Below the pieces are notes generated by a model that was given only the letters and a program-made list of their open reading frames with translations, made no database searches and was not told where the DNA came from. The position numbers and the translations under genes were made by a program. Positions 1-9,056 of a stretch of 64,000 nucleotides of DNA are shown piece by piece; within the stretch, counting starts at the first letter, position 1, and each line of letters begins with the position of its first letter. Origin of the DNA: an uncultured Chloroflexia bacterium (GTDB lineage: Bacteria > Chloroflexota > Limnocylindria > Limnocylindrales > CSP1-4); contig CAVXPZ010000001.1 of NCBI GenBank assembly GCA_963763775.1, forward strand, positions 1,024,001 to 1,088,000. Direction: 5' to 3'.

Positions 1-62
1 ACATCCCGGCCTACCTGTCGCCGTTCATCCTCCGCCCGGACCGGGTCATGACCCTGGCCTGA
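1..62 (+). CDS. 3' end of a gene running in from the left edge (partial)
   Basis: Frame from nt 3 reads IPAYLSPFILRPDRVMTLA* with host-like codons; TGA at 60-62. Confidence 0.5.
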   Translation, partial: IPAYLSPFILRPDRVMTLA

Positions 63-99
63 GCGGGCCGCACCACCGACCCGGACCGAGGTTCCACCG

Positions 100-1251
100 A
101 TGGCGTCCGCCGTGACGGTCGATCGCGTCGCCAGCCTGGTCGTCGTCTTCGCCTTCTCGATCGGCCTGGGCGTCGCGACGATCGCGATCCCGCTCCTGGC
201 GCTCGATGCCGGGTACGACCCGGCGACCATCGGCTTCCTCGCCGCGACGTCCGCCGCGAGCCAGCTCGGATTCCGGCTGTGCCTGCCGTGGCTGTTCGGG
301 CGGTTCGCGGATCGCACGCTCATCGCCGGCGCGGCGATGCTGATGGTGGCGGCGTTCGCGAGCCTGCTGGTCTCGACGGCGATCGCCGTCTTCGTCACCT
401 CGCAGCTCCTCCAGGGTGCCGCGCGGGCCATCTTCTGGACCAGCAGCCAGACGCACGCGGTCCGCGGCGTGGGTCGGCCGGTCGACCGGCTGGTCGACGT
501 GAACGTGGCGGGCAACGCGGGCACGCTGATCGGGCCGGTGATCGCGGGCACGCTCGCCGTGTTCGGCCTGCCGGTCGCGATCGGGGCGGCCGCCGTCGGC
601 GCGCTGGTGGCGGTCGCGGGCACCGGCCTGCTGCGCCGCCTGCCGCCGTACGACCGGCGCCGGTCCGCGGGCACGATGCGGCTCCTGCGCCGCGACGGCG
701 TCGACATCGCCTGCTGGGCGAGCGTCGTCGGCGGCGGCTGGTGGGCGATGCTCGGCTCCTACATCCCGGTCATCCTCGTGGGCGCCGGGCTCGGCGCGGC
801 GGGGATCGGCTGGCTCGTGACGCTCTCGGAGGCGGCGTCCATCGGCGGGATCCTCGTCCTGCGGCGGCTCCCGGCGGGCCGGATCCGCGCGGCCGTCGCG
901 ATCGGGTCGTACGGTGCCGCCGCGGTCCTGGCCGGGCTGGCCGTCATCCCGGAAGGGCTCGCCGGCTACGCGATCCTGCTCGTGGTCGGCGGGGTCGCCA
1001 GCGGCACGATCACGACCCTCGCGCCCGCGATGGCGAGTCTCGCGGCCACGGCCGACGAGCAGGGCGACGTGCTCGCCCTGTCGGGGACGTTCCGCGCGGC
1101 GGCGCTGCTGGCGGCGCCCGCCGCGGTCGGCGCGCTGCTCTCCGTCGTCGCCCTTCCGGCCGCGGTCGTCCTGCTGGGGGCGGGCCTCGGCCTTCCAGGT
1201 CTCGCCCTGGGGCGACGCCAGACCGACCCGGAGGCCGCGTCGGTGGCCTGA
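100..1251 (+). CDS. MFS transporter
   Basis: 383 aa, about 12 hydrophobic segments, MFS-like loop GRFADR; GAGG RBS upstream. Confidence 0.85.
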   Translation: MASAVTVDRVASLVVVFAFSIGLGVATIAIPLLALDAGYDPATIGFLAATSAASQLGFRLCLPWLFGRFADRTLIAGAAMLMVAAFASLLVSTAIAVFVTSQLLQGAARAIFWTSSQTHAVRGVGRPVDRLVDVNVAGNAGTLIGPVIAGTLAVFGLPVAIGAAAVGALVAVAGTGLLRRLPPYDRRRSAGTMRLLRRDGVDIACWASVVGGGWWAMLGSYIPVILVGAGLGAAGIGWLVTLSEAASIGGILVLRRLPAGRIRAAVAIGSYGAAAVLAGLAVIPEGLAGYAILLVVGGVASGTITTLAPAMASLAATADEQGDVLALSGTFRAAALLAAPAAVGALLSVVALPAAVVLLGAGLGLPGLALGRRQTDPEAASVA

Positions 1252-1261
1252 GCCAGGACCG

Positions 1262-2032
1262 TCAGTCGGCCGTCGGCCGGGCGAACAGGTAGAGGGACCA
1301 CCCGAGCGTCTCGCGCCCCCACGTGAGGTACTCGTGTCGCGAGTGCGCGACTCGTTCCAGCACTTCGGGAACGTCAGGGTCCTCGGGGTTCGCGGCGGCG
1401 TATCGGGCGGCGGCTCGCCATTGGAGCGTCTCGTAGCGGTCCCAATCGTCGCCGTTGCTCACGAGCGCGAGGAGCGGGATCAGGCCGACGGACGCACCGG
1501 TCTCGACGTTCGACGCGTGCGTCCCGAACGCATCGCGGCGCAGGCCGGACCACTCGAGGTAGGCCGGGTCCGGCTCGGAGCGCCAGAACGGCTCGCCGAC
1601 GAGGACCTGGCCACCGGGCCTGGCGGCGTCACGCAAGGTGCTGAGCGTCTGCCGGTGCCCGCCGAACGTCCAACTCGCCCCGATGCAACTCGCGAGATCG
1701 AACGTGCCGGGCTCGGGGCGGTAGTCGGCGCCGTCCATCTCGTGGAGCTCGAACCTGGAGGCGGGGACGCGACGCCGGGCCGCGTCCTCGAGCTCCGCGA
1801 TGGCGAACGGCGACAGGTCGACGCCCACGCCGTGGAACCCGCCGCCCGACCGCGCCGCCGGCGCTTCGGCGAGCCGCAGCAGGAACTCGCCCTTGCCACA
1901 CGCGATGTCGAGCACGGTGGGTCGCGGCGACAGGTCGATGAGCGCGATGACCTCGTCGAGCTTGCGCAGGCTCGTCGGATTGCAGATCCGATGGTCGCGA
2001 TGCGTGATGTCGTAGAACTTCCAGGTGTCCAA
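1262..2032 (-). CDS. Class I SAM-dependent methyltransferase
   Basis: Motif I VLDIACGKG, GVDLS, FDLASCIGASW; TTG start with GGAGG upstream. Confidence 0.9.
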   Translation of the reverse strand: MDTWKFYDITHRDHRICNPTSLRKLDEVIALIDLSPRPTVLDIACGKGEFLLRLAEAPAARSGGGFHGVGVDLSPFAIAELEDAARRRVPASRFELHEMDGADYRPEPGTFDLASCIGASWTFGGHRQTLSTLRDAARPGGQVLVGEPFWRSEPDPAYLEWSGLRRDAFGTHASNVETGASVGLIPLLALVSNGDDWDRYETLQWRAAARYAAANPEDPDVPEVLERVAHSRHEYLTWGRETLGWSLYLFARPTAD

Positions 2033-2096
2033 ATCGGCCCTCCGTGTGCGCCGACCGGGTCCGGCTGTGGGGACGCCCGGTGTCTCGTCGTCGGGA

Positions 2097-2570
2097 TCAG
2101 CCTGTCGCGTCGAGGGCGGCCTCCAGTCGCTCGAGGAGCGGGATCTGCCGGTCCTTGATCTTCAGGCGCGCGGCCGCCGGGTCGAACCAGGCGACGCGGT
2201 CGATCTCCGGGAACCGGGTGCTGATCCCCGAGTGCGGTGGCCACTCCATCTCGAACTCGTTCGAGATCGACCGGGCCGGGTCCAGGTCGCCCTCGACGGC
2301 CCAGGCGTGGACGACCTTGCCACCCTTCTGCGTGACGGACCCGAGATCGATGACGGGACCATCCGGGACGGGGTGGCCGGTCTCCTCGGCGAACTCGCGG
2401 CGGGCTACCTCGAGGAACGGCTCGGCGCTGTGGTCGGGCTCCCCTTTCGGGATGGACCAGGAGCCGTCGTCGCGCTTCGCGAACATCGGGCCACCCGGGT
2501 GCGCGAGGAGGACCTCGAGGCCGTCGCGCTGCCGATAGAGGAGGATCCCTGCACTCGTCCGCGTCGCCAT
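2097..2570 (-). CDS. NUDIX hydrolase
   Basis: SAGILLYR, HPGGP, WSIPKGE...ARREFAEETG Nudix box, FPEIDR. Confidence 0.92.
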   Translation of the reverse strand: MATRTSAGILLYRQRDGLEVLLAHPGGPMFAKRDDGSWSIPKGEPDHSAEPFLEVARREFAEETGHPVPDGPVIDLGSVTQKGGKVVHAWAVEGDLDPARSISNEFEMEWPPHSGISTRFPEIDRVAWFDPAAARLKIKDRQIPLLERLEAALDATG

Positions 2571-2628
2571 CGCCTCCCATGGTACGGGCGGCGACGGCCG
2601 GCCACGACCCGGCCCGTGGCGGCGGGCG

Positions 2629-3078
2629 TCAGCCCTCGGCGAGGATCGGCAGGAGCATGCGGTCCTCGCACTCCATGTGGGCGCGGAGGAGTCCCTCGAG
2701 CCCGAAGATCCGGTAGCGCAGCTCGGTGGCCTGCGGATGCGTCAGCTCGTGACCCAGCGCGGCCTGTTCGGTCGCCAGTCCCCGGACAGCGGCCCGGATC
2801 TGCTGGTGCTCGAAGCGCATCGTCCTGGTGGCCCACGGGGTGTCGGTGCGCTGGTCGATCTCCGGGTAGAGCCACGTCTCCTCCCAGGCCACGTGGTCTT
2901 CGAGATCGTGCTCGAGCCAGAGGATCACCCGGTGAAGGGCGACCGACACCTCGCCGACCGAGTGATGGCCGACGGAGGCACCGACGTCGTGGAGCCGATC
3001 GAACCCCCGGAGCAGCTCCCGGTGCTCGTGCACCACGAATTCCCGTTCCGCCACCGCGTCGTGCATCGGCCTGGCCAT
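2629..3078 (-). CDS. Hemerythrin (HHE cation-binding) domain protein
   Basis: EHRELL...HVAWEETWLYP...EHQQI...HMECEDRMLLP pattern; ATG at 3078 with AGGAGG RBS. Confidence 0.85.
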   Translation of the reverse strand: MARPMHDAVAEREFVVHEHRELLRGFDRLHDVGASVGHHSVGEVSVALHRVILWLEHDLEDHVAWEETWLYPEIDQRTDTPWATRTMRFEHQQIRAAVRGLATEQAALGHELTHPQATELRYRIFGLEGLLRAHMECEDRMLLPILAEG

Positions 3079-3229
3079 CGCCCACCTCCTTCGCGGCCCT
3101 CGGCCGCACCCTGAGTCTCGGACACCAGGGGTCGCTAGCCCTAGGGCCGCGGGGCATCTCGTCACGGGCCGCTCGGACCGAACACCGTGCCCGCGTCCGC
3201 GGCCGTCGCGGCGGCTCGAGCGAGAGGTC

Positions 3230-3243
3230 GGGCCGTTCGTCAC
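3230..3243. promoter_or_regulatory. DosR/OsdR-like box
   Basis: GGGCCGTTCGTCAC in the divergent hemerythrin / eRF1-like intergenic region; weaker site GGGCCGCTCGGACC at 3166. Confidence 0.55.
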
Positions 3244-3330
3244 GCGGCAACGCACCCGATGGCCGATGCGGCTGCCCGCCCCCGGCCGGAGACTCGGGAG
3301 GCGAATGACGCCGCTAGGAGGCACGATCCG

Positions 3331-3861
3331 ATGGATGATCGCCGCGCTCCGCGTGGGCACGAACGGCCCCGCGCCCTCATCTGGGTGGACACGCGAGAGG
3401 CCATCGTCGTCCGCTGGGAGGACGAGCAGGCCCGGATCGTCCGCGTGACCTCCGAGGTGCCGGACCAGCACAAGTCGATGGGTCACGTCCGCCACGATCC
3501 GGCGGTCCGCCATGGCGGCGGTCGCTCCCAGGCGGCGGAGACGACGCGGCGAGACGCGTACCTGCACCGGTTCCTGAAGGACGTCCTCCGCCACGTGCCC
3601 GTGGCCACGGACCTCACGATCCTCGGCCCGGGCTCGATCCACGACCACCTCGCCAAGCTCATCCGGGCGGCGGACCACGAGCACCGGGATCCGCGCGAGG
3701 TGGTCGGGCGCCGGTCGTCTCGTCTGACCGACCGGCAGCTCATCGCGTTCCTTCGCGAACTGGACGACGACGCGGCGCCGCGTCGCATCGATGACGGTCC
3801 GCCGCCGATCGAGACGCCAGCGCGTCGGCGGGACGGCGTCCCCGTCAGGGGATCGGCCTAG
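3331..3861 (+). CDS. eRF1 domain-2-like / host-attachment (baeRF) family protein
   Basis: ALIWVDTREAIV...FLKDVLRHV...LTILGPG...LTDRQLIA resembles stand-alone eRF1_2-like proteins; AGGAGG before ATG 3331. Confidence 0.6.
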   Translation: MDDRRAPRGHERPRALIWVDTREAIVVRWEDEQARIVRVTSEVPDQHKSMGHVRHDPAVRHGGGRSQAAETTRRDAYLHRFLKDVLRHVPVATDLTILGPGSIHDHLAKLIRAADHEHRDPREVVGRRSSRLTDRQLIAFLRELDDDAAPRRIDDGPPPIETPARRRDGVPVRGSA

Positions 3862-3910
3862 GAGCCTGTCCGAGGGTCCGCCCAGGCGGGGATGGACCCC
3901 GTGGGGAACG

Positions 3911-3954
3911 GACTGGCCGTCCGGTCCGACGCGAGCCGGGGCGGACGGCCAGTC
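3911..3954. terminator. 13-bp inverted repeat between convergent genes (possible terminator)
   Basis: GACTGGCCGTCCG (3911-3923) and CGGACGGCCAGTC (3942-3954). Confidence 0.55.
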
Positions 3955-3968
3955 GCTCCTCCGAAGCG

Positions 3969-4370
3969 TCAGCGCGCGATGACGACCGTCGCGTCGGCGT
4001 GCGTGGCGACGTGCTCGGACACGCTGCCCTGCAGCACGCGCCCGACGGCGCTCATCCCGCGGGTGCCCATCACGATGACGTCGTACTTGCCCTCGCTGGC
4101 GACCTTCTCGATCACCGGGCCAGGGGCCCCGGAGGGCTCGAGCAGCTCCGCTTCGATGCCGAGCGCATGGAGGGCGGCGCTCGCCTCCTTGAGCTGGGCG
4201 CTATGGACCTCGGTATCGTCCCAGGGGTCGATGGGGGCGCGTCCCGGGTGGATCGGGACCACACTGACGACCGTCACGGTCGCCTCGAACTTCTTGGCCA
4301 GGTCGGCCGCCAGGGCGAGCGCCTTCTGCGCGGGCTCGGCGCCGTCATAGGCCAGCAGGATCCGCTGCAT
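3969..4370 (-). CDS. Universal stress protein (UspA family)
   Basis: RILLAYDG start; DVIVMGTRG...LQGSVSEHVATHA motif; AAAGGAG RBS. Confidence 0.95.
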   Translation of the reverse strand: MQRILLAYDGAEPAQKALALAADLAKKFEATVTVVSVVPIHPGRAPIDPWDDTEVHSAQLKEASAALHALGIEAELLEPSGAPGPVIEKVASEGKYDVIVMGTRGMSAVGRVLQGSVSEHVATHADATVVIAR

Positions 4371-4474
4371 CGCGACTCCGCTCCTTTCCGGCGGGACCGA
4401 CCAGGGTGTCGGTGTCCGCGTCGAGCGTGGTCCGACCGGCGTCCGAGCACACCGGCCCCAGGTCACGACCCGAC

Positions 4475-4488
4475 GGGCCATCCGGCCC
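4475..4488. promoter_or_regulatory. DosR/OsdR-like box
   Basis: GGGCCATCCGGCCC upstream of the USP gene. Confidence 0.5.
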
Positions 4489-4507
4489 ACCGGATGGGGG
4501 CCGGTCC

Positions 4508-5035
4508 TCAGGCGGCGGTCGAGAGCACCGGCGGCAGATCCAGCGTCGCGGTCACGACACCGGCTCGTGGCGTCGACAGGCGCGTCGGGACGCGGACGGA
4601 TCGCAGCAGTCCGAGGATGGCGCTGTTCGTCGTCAGCATCGACGCCTGGAGGCGCCGGACGTGATGACGGCCCGCCCAGTCGACCGCGGCGTTCAGGAGG
4701 GCGGTCCCGATATGCCGGCCCTGCCAGCGATCGGCCACGGCGACCGCCATCTCGACGGTCTCGTCGCCGGCGGGCTCGAGGCAGAGATGGCCCACGATCA
4801 CGGCGCCGGTCGCCGGGCCGACCGTCGCGGTCGCGACGAACCCCTCGCGGTGCTCGTGGTCCGGGCCGCAGAAGACCGTCGCGGTCCCGGCAGAGATGCC
4901 ATGGGCGACGCCGTGGAACCGCGACCAGAGGCTCTCGTCGGAGAGGCCGGCATAGAACGCCGCGAGCGCGGTCTGGTCGTCCGGACCGATCGGCCGGATG
5001 GTGATGCCGACAGGCAAGGTCGCGGCGGTTCCCAT
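4508..5035 (-). CDS. GNAT N-acetyltransferase (Pat-like GNAT domain)
   Basis: IRPIGPDD, LSDESLWSRF, EMAVAVADRWQGRHIGTALL, N-x-AI motif. Confidence 0.85.
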   Translation of the reverse strand: MGTAATLPVGITIRPIGPDDQTALAAFYAGLSDESLWSRFHGVAHGISAGTATVFCGPDHEHREGFVATATVGPATGAVIVGHLCLEPAGDETVEMAVAVADRWQGRHIGTALLNAAVDWAGRHHVRRLQASMLTTNSAILGLLRSVRVPTRLSTPRAGVVTATLDLPPVLSTAA

Positions 5036-5071
5036 GCTCGCAGCGTCCCGCGCCCGGCGCGTGAGCGACAA

Positions 5072-5085
5072 GGGCCGAACGTCAC
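5072..5085. promoter_or_regulatory. DosR/OsdR-like box
   Basis: GGGCCGAACGTCAC between the divergent GNAT and CBS genes. Confidence 0.55.
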
Positions 5086-5158
5086 GCCCGGAACGGGCCA
5101 CCGGACCGATGCCACAGCCATCGCGGGTCACGAGCATGTGGTCATGGAGGAGGTCGTG

Positions 5159-5596
5159 ATGACGGTCGAGCGGTCCCACGGCATCGATGCGCCGCTCCCG
5201 GTGGGCGCGGTCATGACCCCGTTCCCTGTCGTCGTGCGGGTGGACACATCCCTCGACGAGATCGCCGAACTCCTGGCGGAGAACGACGTCTCGGGCGTCC
5301 CGGTCGTCGACGCCTCCGGGGTCCTCGTCGGCGTGGTCAGCCAGACGGACCTGATCCGAGCCGCGGCGTCGTCCGGCCACGGGCTGCGTCCGTGGACCGG
5401 GTATACGGCGCGGCACGTCATGAGCCGCCACCCGGTCATCGCCCACGAGGACACGCCCCTGGTCGAGGCGGCGAGGCGCCTGGAGCGCCACGGGATCCAC
5501 CGGCTGGTGGTCGTCGCCGCGGACGGCACGACGCCGATCGGCGTGGTGTCGATCAGCGACCTGCTGCCCCTGCTCGTCGACGCCGCCGACATCTGA
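5159..5596 (+). CDS. CBS domain protein
   Basis: Tandem CBS: VSGVPVVD..GVVSQTDL and IHRLVVV..GVVSISDL; GGAGGAGG RBS. Confidence 0.92.
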   Translation: MTVERSHGIDAPLPVGAVMTPFPVVVRVDTSLDEIAELLAENDVSGVPVVDASGVLVGVVSQTDLIRAAASSGHGLRPWTGYTARHVMSRHPVIAHEDTPLVEAARRLERHGIHRLVVVAADGTTPIGVVSISDLLPLLVDAADI

Positions 5597-5630
5597 CGCC
5601 TCGCCGGCGTCCCTCCCGCCCGGACCCGCC

Positions 5631-5666
5631 GTGACGTCTGGCCACGCCGTTCGGGCCGAACGGCAC
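5631..5666. promoter_or_regulatory. Tandem DosR/OsdR-like boxes upstream of the hydrogenase operon
   Basis: GTGACGTCTGGCCA (5631) and GGGCCGAACGGCAC (5653), 22 bp apart. Confidence 0.55.
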
Positions 5667-5716
5667 GCGGGCGGACCGGGCCCACTCCGTACGGTGGGAC
5701 TCGCAAGGAGGTCGCC

Positions 5717-6196
5717 ATGATCGGCGCGTCGGGACCCGTCACGCTTCGGGACACCTGGTTCGGCTCGCGGCTCCCGGAGGACGCGCTCGCCCGGCTCGAG
5801 GCCCGCGTCCGGTCCGCGTCGTACGCGGCCGGGGCCGAGATCCTCCGCGAGGGCGAGCCGACCGCCTCGTTGGGCGTCGTCGCCCGCGGGCGCGTGGCGC
5901 TTCGCCTGCGGGTCCCCGAACGGGGGCCCACGACCATCCTGACCGTCGAGGCCGGCAACATCATCGGTTGGTCCGCGGTCATCCCGCCCCACCGGGCGAC
6001 CTCGACCGTCGTCGCCCTGATGCCCACGGACCTGCTGCTGCTCGACGGCGCGACGCTCCGCGCCGAGCTCGACGCCGACCCGGTCCTGGGCGCCGCCGTC
6101 TATCGCTCGCTCCTCGAGGCGTTGGCGCATCGGCTCAGCGGGACGCGGATGCAGCTGCTCGACCTGTTCTCGCAGCACGGAGACGAACCGTGGTGA
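5717..6196 (+). CDS. Cyclic nucleotide-binding domain protein (Crp-like, no HTH evident)
   Basis: ILREGE, GRVAL, GNIIGWSA, RATSTVVA; AAGGAGG RBS; family usually found in group 3b hydrogenase operons. Confidence 0.85.
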   Translation: MIGASGPVTLRDTWFGSRLPEDALARLEARVRSASYAAGAEILREGEPTASLGVVARGRVALRLRVPERGPTTILTVEAGNIIGWSAVIPPHRATSTVVALMPTDLLLLDGATLRAELDADPVLGAAVYRSLLEALAHRLSGTRMQLLDLFSQHGDEPW

Positions 6197-8226
6197 TCGC
6201 GACGCCCGCCCCCGCGTTCCTCCCCCGTCCGGATCTCGACCGCCTGCTCGAGCTGCTGCACGCCGACGGCCGACGGGTGATCGGACCGACGATCAGCCAG
6301 GGCGCCGTCGTGTACGGCGAGATCGCGTCGGCGGCCGACCTCCCGGCCGGATGGACCGCCGACCAGGGCCCGGGCTCGTATCGACTGCGGCGGACCGGCT
6401 CGGAGCGTGCCTTCGACTACGCGGTCGGGCCGGCGGCCTGGAAGCACGAGACCTTCCCGCCGCGCGTGCCGATGACGGTCGGCCACCGCGTCGACGGGCA
6501 GTCCTCCTTCGAGGATGTCGTCCCCGACCCGCCGTCCGTCGCCTTCCTGGGCGTGCGCGGTTGCGAGATCGCCGCCCTGCTGACGCAGGACCGGGTCCTG
6601 GCCGCCGGTCCCGCGGTGGACCGGGACTACGTGGCCCGCCGAGCCGCCGCGCTGGTCATCGCCGTCGAATGCTCCGTCCCGGCGGACACCTGCTTCTGCA
6701 CCTCGATGGGCACCGGTCCCGAAGTGACCAGCGGCTTCGACCTCGCCCTGACCGAACTCGACGACGGATTCGTCGTGCGGTCCGGGTCGGAGGCCGGGGA
6801 AGGGCTGCTGGCCCGGCTCGACCTGGGGCCCGCTGGTGAGGCTCGCGAGGCCGCCGCCCGATCGTCCGTGGCGGCCGCCCGCGAGCGGATCGGCGACCCG
6901 GTCCCGACGGCCGGTCTCCCGGCCCGACTGATCGCCGCGGCCGACAGCCCGCGCTGGGCGGAGATCGCCGAGCGGTGCCTCGCGTGCGCCAACTGCACGC
7001 TCGTGTGCCCGACCTGCTTCTGCACCAGCGTCACCCAGGTGTCCGACCTCGACGGCGCGGAGTCGATCGCCGAACGGTCGTGGGACAGCTGCTTCACGGT
7101 CGGGTTCGCCCGGGTCGCGGGCGGCAACTTCCGGCCGCGCACCCAGGACCGGTACCGCCAATGGCTGACGCACAAGTTCGGGACCTGGTGGGACCAGTTC
7201 GGGACGTCGGGCTGCGTCGGCTGTGGCCGGTGCATCACGTGGTGCCCGGTCGGCATCGACATCCGCGAGGAACTGATGGCCGTCGCGCCGCCCGCGGCTC
7301 TGGGCGGGATCGAGGCCTCCCCGATCGCCCGGTCCCCCGCGGCCGAGCGGTCGCCGGTCGCTCCTTCGGCGGCTCTCCGCGCCGTCGGCCGCCCGCTGCC
7401 AGTCATCGACGCGTTGTCGCCGACGTACGCCCGGGCCTTCGTCGTCGAGCGCCGACGCGAGACCCACGATGTCGTGACGCTGCGGCTCGAGGTCGACGAC
7501 CCCGGGATCCTCGCGGGACGACCCGGGCAGTTCGTCATGGCGGCGCTTCCCGCGTTCTCGGCCGCCCCCATCTCCGTGTCGCGCTTCCGCCCCGACGGCA
7601 TCGAGCTCTCCGTCCGTGCCGCGGGCGCGGCGACGCGCGCGATCTGCGGCCTGCGTCGCGGCGACTCGCTCGGCGTCCGTGGGCCTCTCGGTCGCGGCTG
7701 GCCGGTCGAGGTCGCGCACGACCGCGACGTGATCGTCGTGACGGGTGGGATCGGGCTCGCCCCGCTCCGACCCCTCGTCGACGCCGTGCTCGCCGACCGC
7801 GACCACTTCGGGATGGTCCGATTGATGTACGGCGCGCGGACGCCCGGCGATCGTCTCTTCGTGGACGAGCTTTCCGCCTTGACCGCTCGCCAGGACCTCG
7901 ACGTCGGCCAGACCGTCGACCGCGCCGGGCCGGATTGGCTCGGACGCGTCGGCGTCGTGACCGAGCTGTTCGACCAGGCGCGATGGAACGGCGCGCGCGC
8001 CACGGCGTTCATCTGCGGCCCCGAGCGGATGATCGAGGCCACCGTCGAGGTCCTGCGGGACCGCGGCATGACCGACGACCGGATCTGGGTGACGCTCGAG
8101 CGCCACATGGAGTGCGGCGTGGGCCTGTGCGGCCACTGCCAGCTCGGGAAGGTGTTCGTGTGCCGCGACGGGCCGGTGTTCTCGCTCGCCGAGCTCGGTC
8201 CGGACTTCGGACGGGAGGGGCTGTGA
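6193..8226 (+). CDS. Group 3b hydrogenase (sulfhydrogenase) beta+gamma fusion: 4Fe-4S dicluster plus FAD/NAD(P)-binding 2Fe-2S
   Basis: N-half TCFCTSMGTGP, CLACANCTLVCPTCFC, CVGCGRCITWCP; C-half PGQF, GGIGLAP, CGPE, ERHMECGVGLCGHC, CRDGPVF; GTGA overlap with upstream stop. Confidence 0.9.
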   Translation: MIATPAPAFLPRPDLDRLLELLHADGRRVIGPTISQGAVVYGEIASAADLPAGWTADQGPGSYRLRRTGSERAFDYAVGPAAWKHETFPPRVPMTVGHRVDGQSSFEDVVPDPPSVAFLGVRGCEIAALLTQDRVLAAGPAVDRDYVARRAAALVIAVECSVPADTCFCTSMGTGPEVTSGFDLALTELDDGFVVRSGSEAGEGLLARLDLGPAGEAREAAARSSVAAARERIGDPVPTAGLPARLIAAADSPRWAEIAERCLACANCTLVCPTCFCTSVTQVSDLDGAESIAERSWDSCFTVGFARVAGGNFRPRTQDRYRQWLTHKFGTWWDQFGTSGCVGCGRCITWCPVGIDIREELMAVAPPAALGGIEASPIARSPAAERSPVAPSAALRAVGRPLPVIDALSPTYARAFVVERRRETHDVVTLRLEVDDPGILAGRPGQFVMAALPAFSAAPISVSRFRPDGIELSVRAAGAATRAICGLRRGDSLGVRGPLGRGWPVEVAHDRDVIVVTGGIGLAPLRPLVDAVLADRDHFGMVRLMYGARTPGDRLFVDELSALTARQDLDVGQTVDRAGPDWLGRVGVVTELFDQARWNGARATAFICGPERMIEATVEVLRDRGMTDDRIWVTLERHMECGVGLCGHCQLGKVFVCRDGPVFSLAELGPDFGREGL

Positions 8227-9056
8227 TGACCGGGGTCGCTCGAGCCACCGTCGCGCCACGACCGCGTCTCGGGATCATGAAGATGGCGTCCTGCGACGGG
8301 TGCCAGCTGACCTTGCTGGACCTCGAGGACCACCTGCTCGACCTGCTGGGTCGCTTCGACCTGGTCGAGTTCGCGGAAGCCTCCGACTACCGCTCGTCGG
8401 GGCCGTACGACATCGTGCTCGTCGAAGGCTCGGTCAGTACCCCGGAACAGGCCGAGGAGATCGTCCGGATCCGCCGGGAGACGCCGCTCCTGGTCACCAT
8501 CGGGGCGTGTGCCACGGCCGGCGGCATCCAGGCCCTCCGCAACTGGGCCGATCACGACGCGTATCGGGCCGCGGTCTACGCGCATCCCGAATACGTCGAG
8601 TCGCTCGCGACGGCGACACCGATCGCCGACCACGTCGCCGTCGATGCCGAGCTGCGCGGGTGTCCGATCGACCCGGGTCAGTTGCTCGAACTCCTGACAT
8701 CGTTGACCGTGGGTCGCCGGCCGCAGCTGCCCGACGAGGCCGTCTGCCTCGAGTGCAAGCGACGCGGCACGGTGTGCGTGCTGGTCACGGGCGTCGGCAC
8801 GTGTCTCGGGCCGGTCACCCACACCGGCTGCGGGGCCCTGTGCCCGGCATTCGCGCGCGGCTGCTACGGCTGTTTCGGGCCGCGCGAGCGGGCGAACGCG
8901 CCGAGCCTCGCCCGATGGTTCGGGCGCGACGGGCAGCCCGACGAGGACACCGCCCGCCTCTTCTCCGGGTTCACCGCCTACGCGAAGCCGTTCCGCGACG
9001 TGATCGACAGCCTGGGTGGACCCCCGGTCGCGGCGAAGCAGCCGGAGGACGCCTGA
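8226..9056 (+). CDS. hydD: Group 3b [NiFe]-hydrogenase small (delta) subunit
   Basis: SCDGCQL, EGS, GACA, GCP, CLECK..C, CLGP, GCGALCP, GCYGCFG; TGATG coupling. Confidence 0.92.
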   Translation: MTGVARATVAPRPRLGIMKMASCDGCQLTLLDLEDHLLDLLGRFDLVEFAEASDYRSSGPYDIVLVEGSVSTPEQAEEIVRIRRETPLLVTIGACATAGGIQALRNWADHDAYRAAVYAHPEYVESLATATPIADHVAVDAELRGCPIDPGQLLELLTSLTVGRRPQLPDEAVCLECKRRGTVCVLVTGVGTCLGPVTHTGCGALCPAFARGCYGCFGPRERANAPSLARWFGRDGQPDEDTARLFSGFTAYAKPFRDVIDSLGGPPVAAKQPEDA

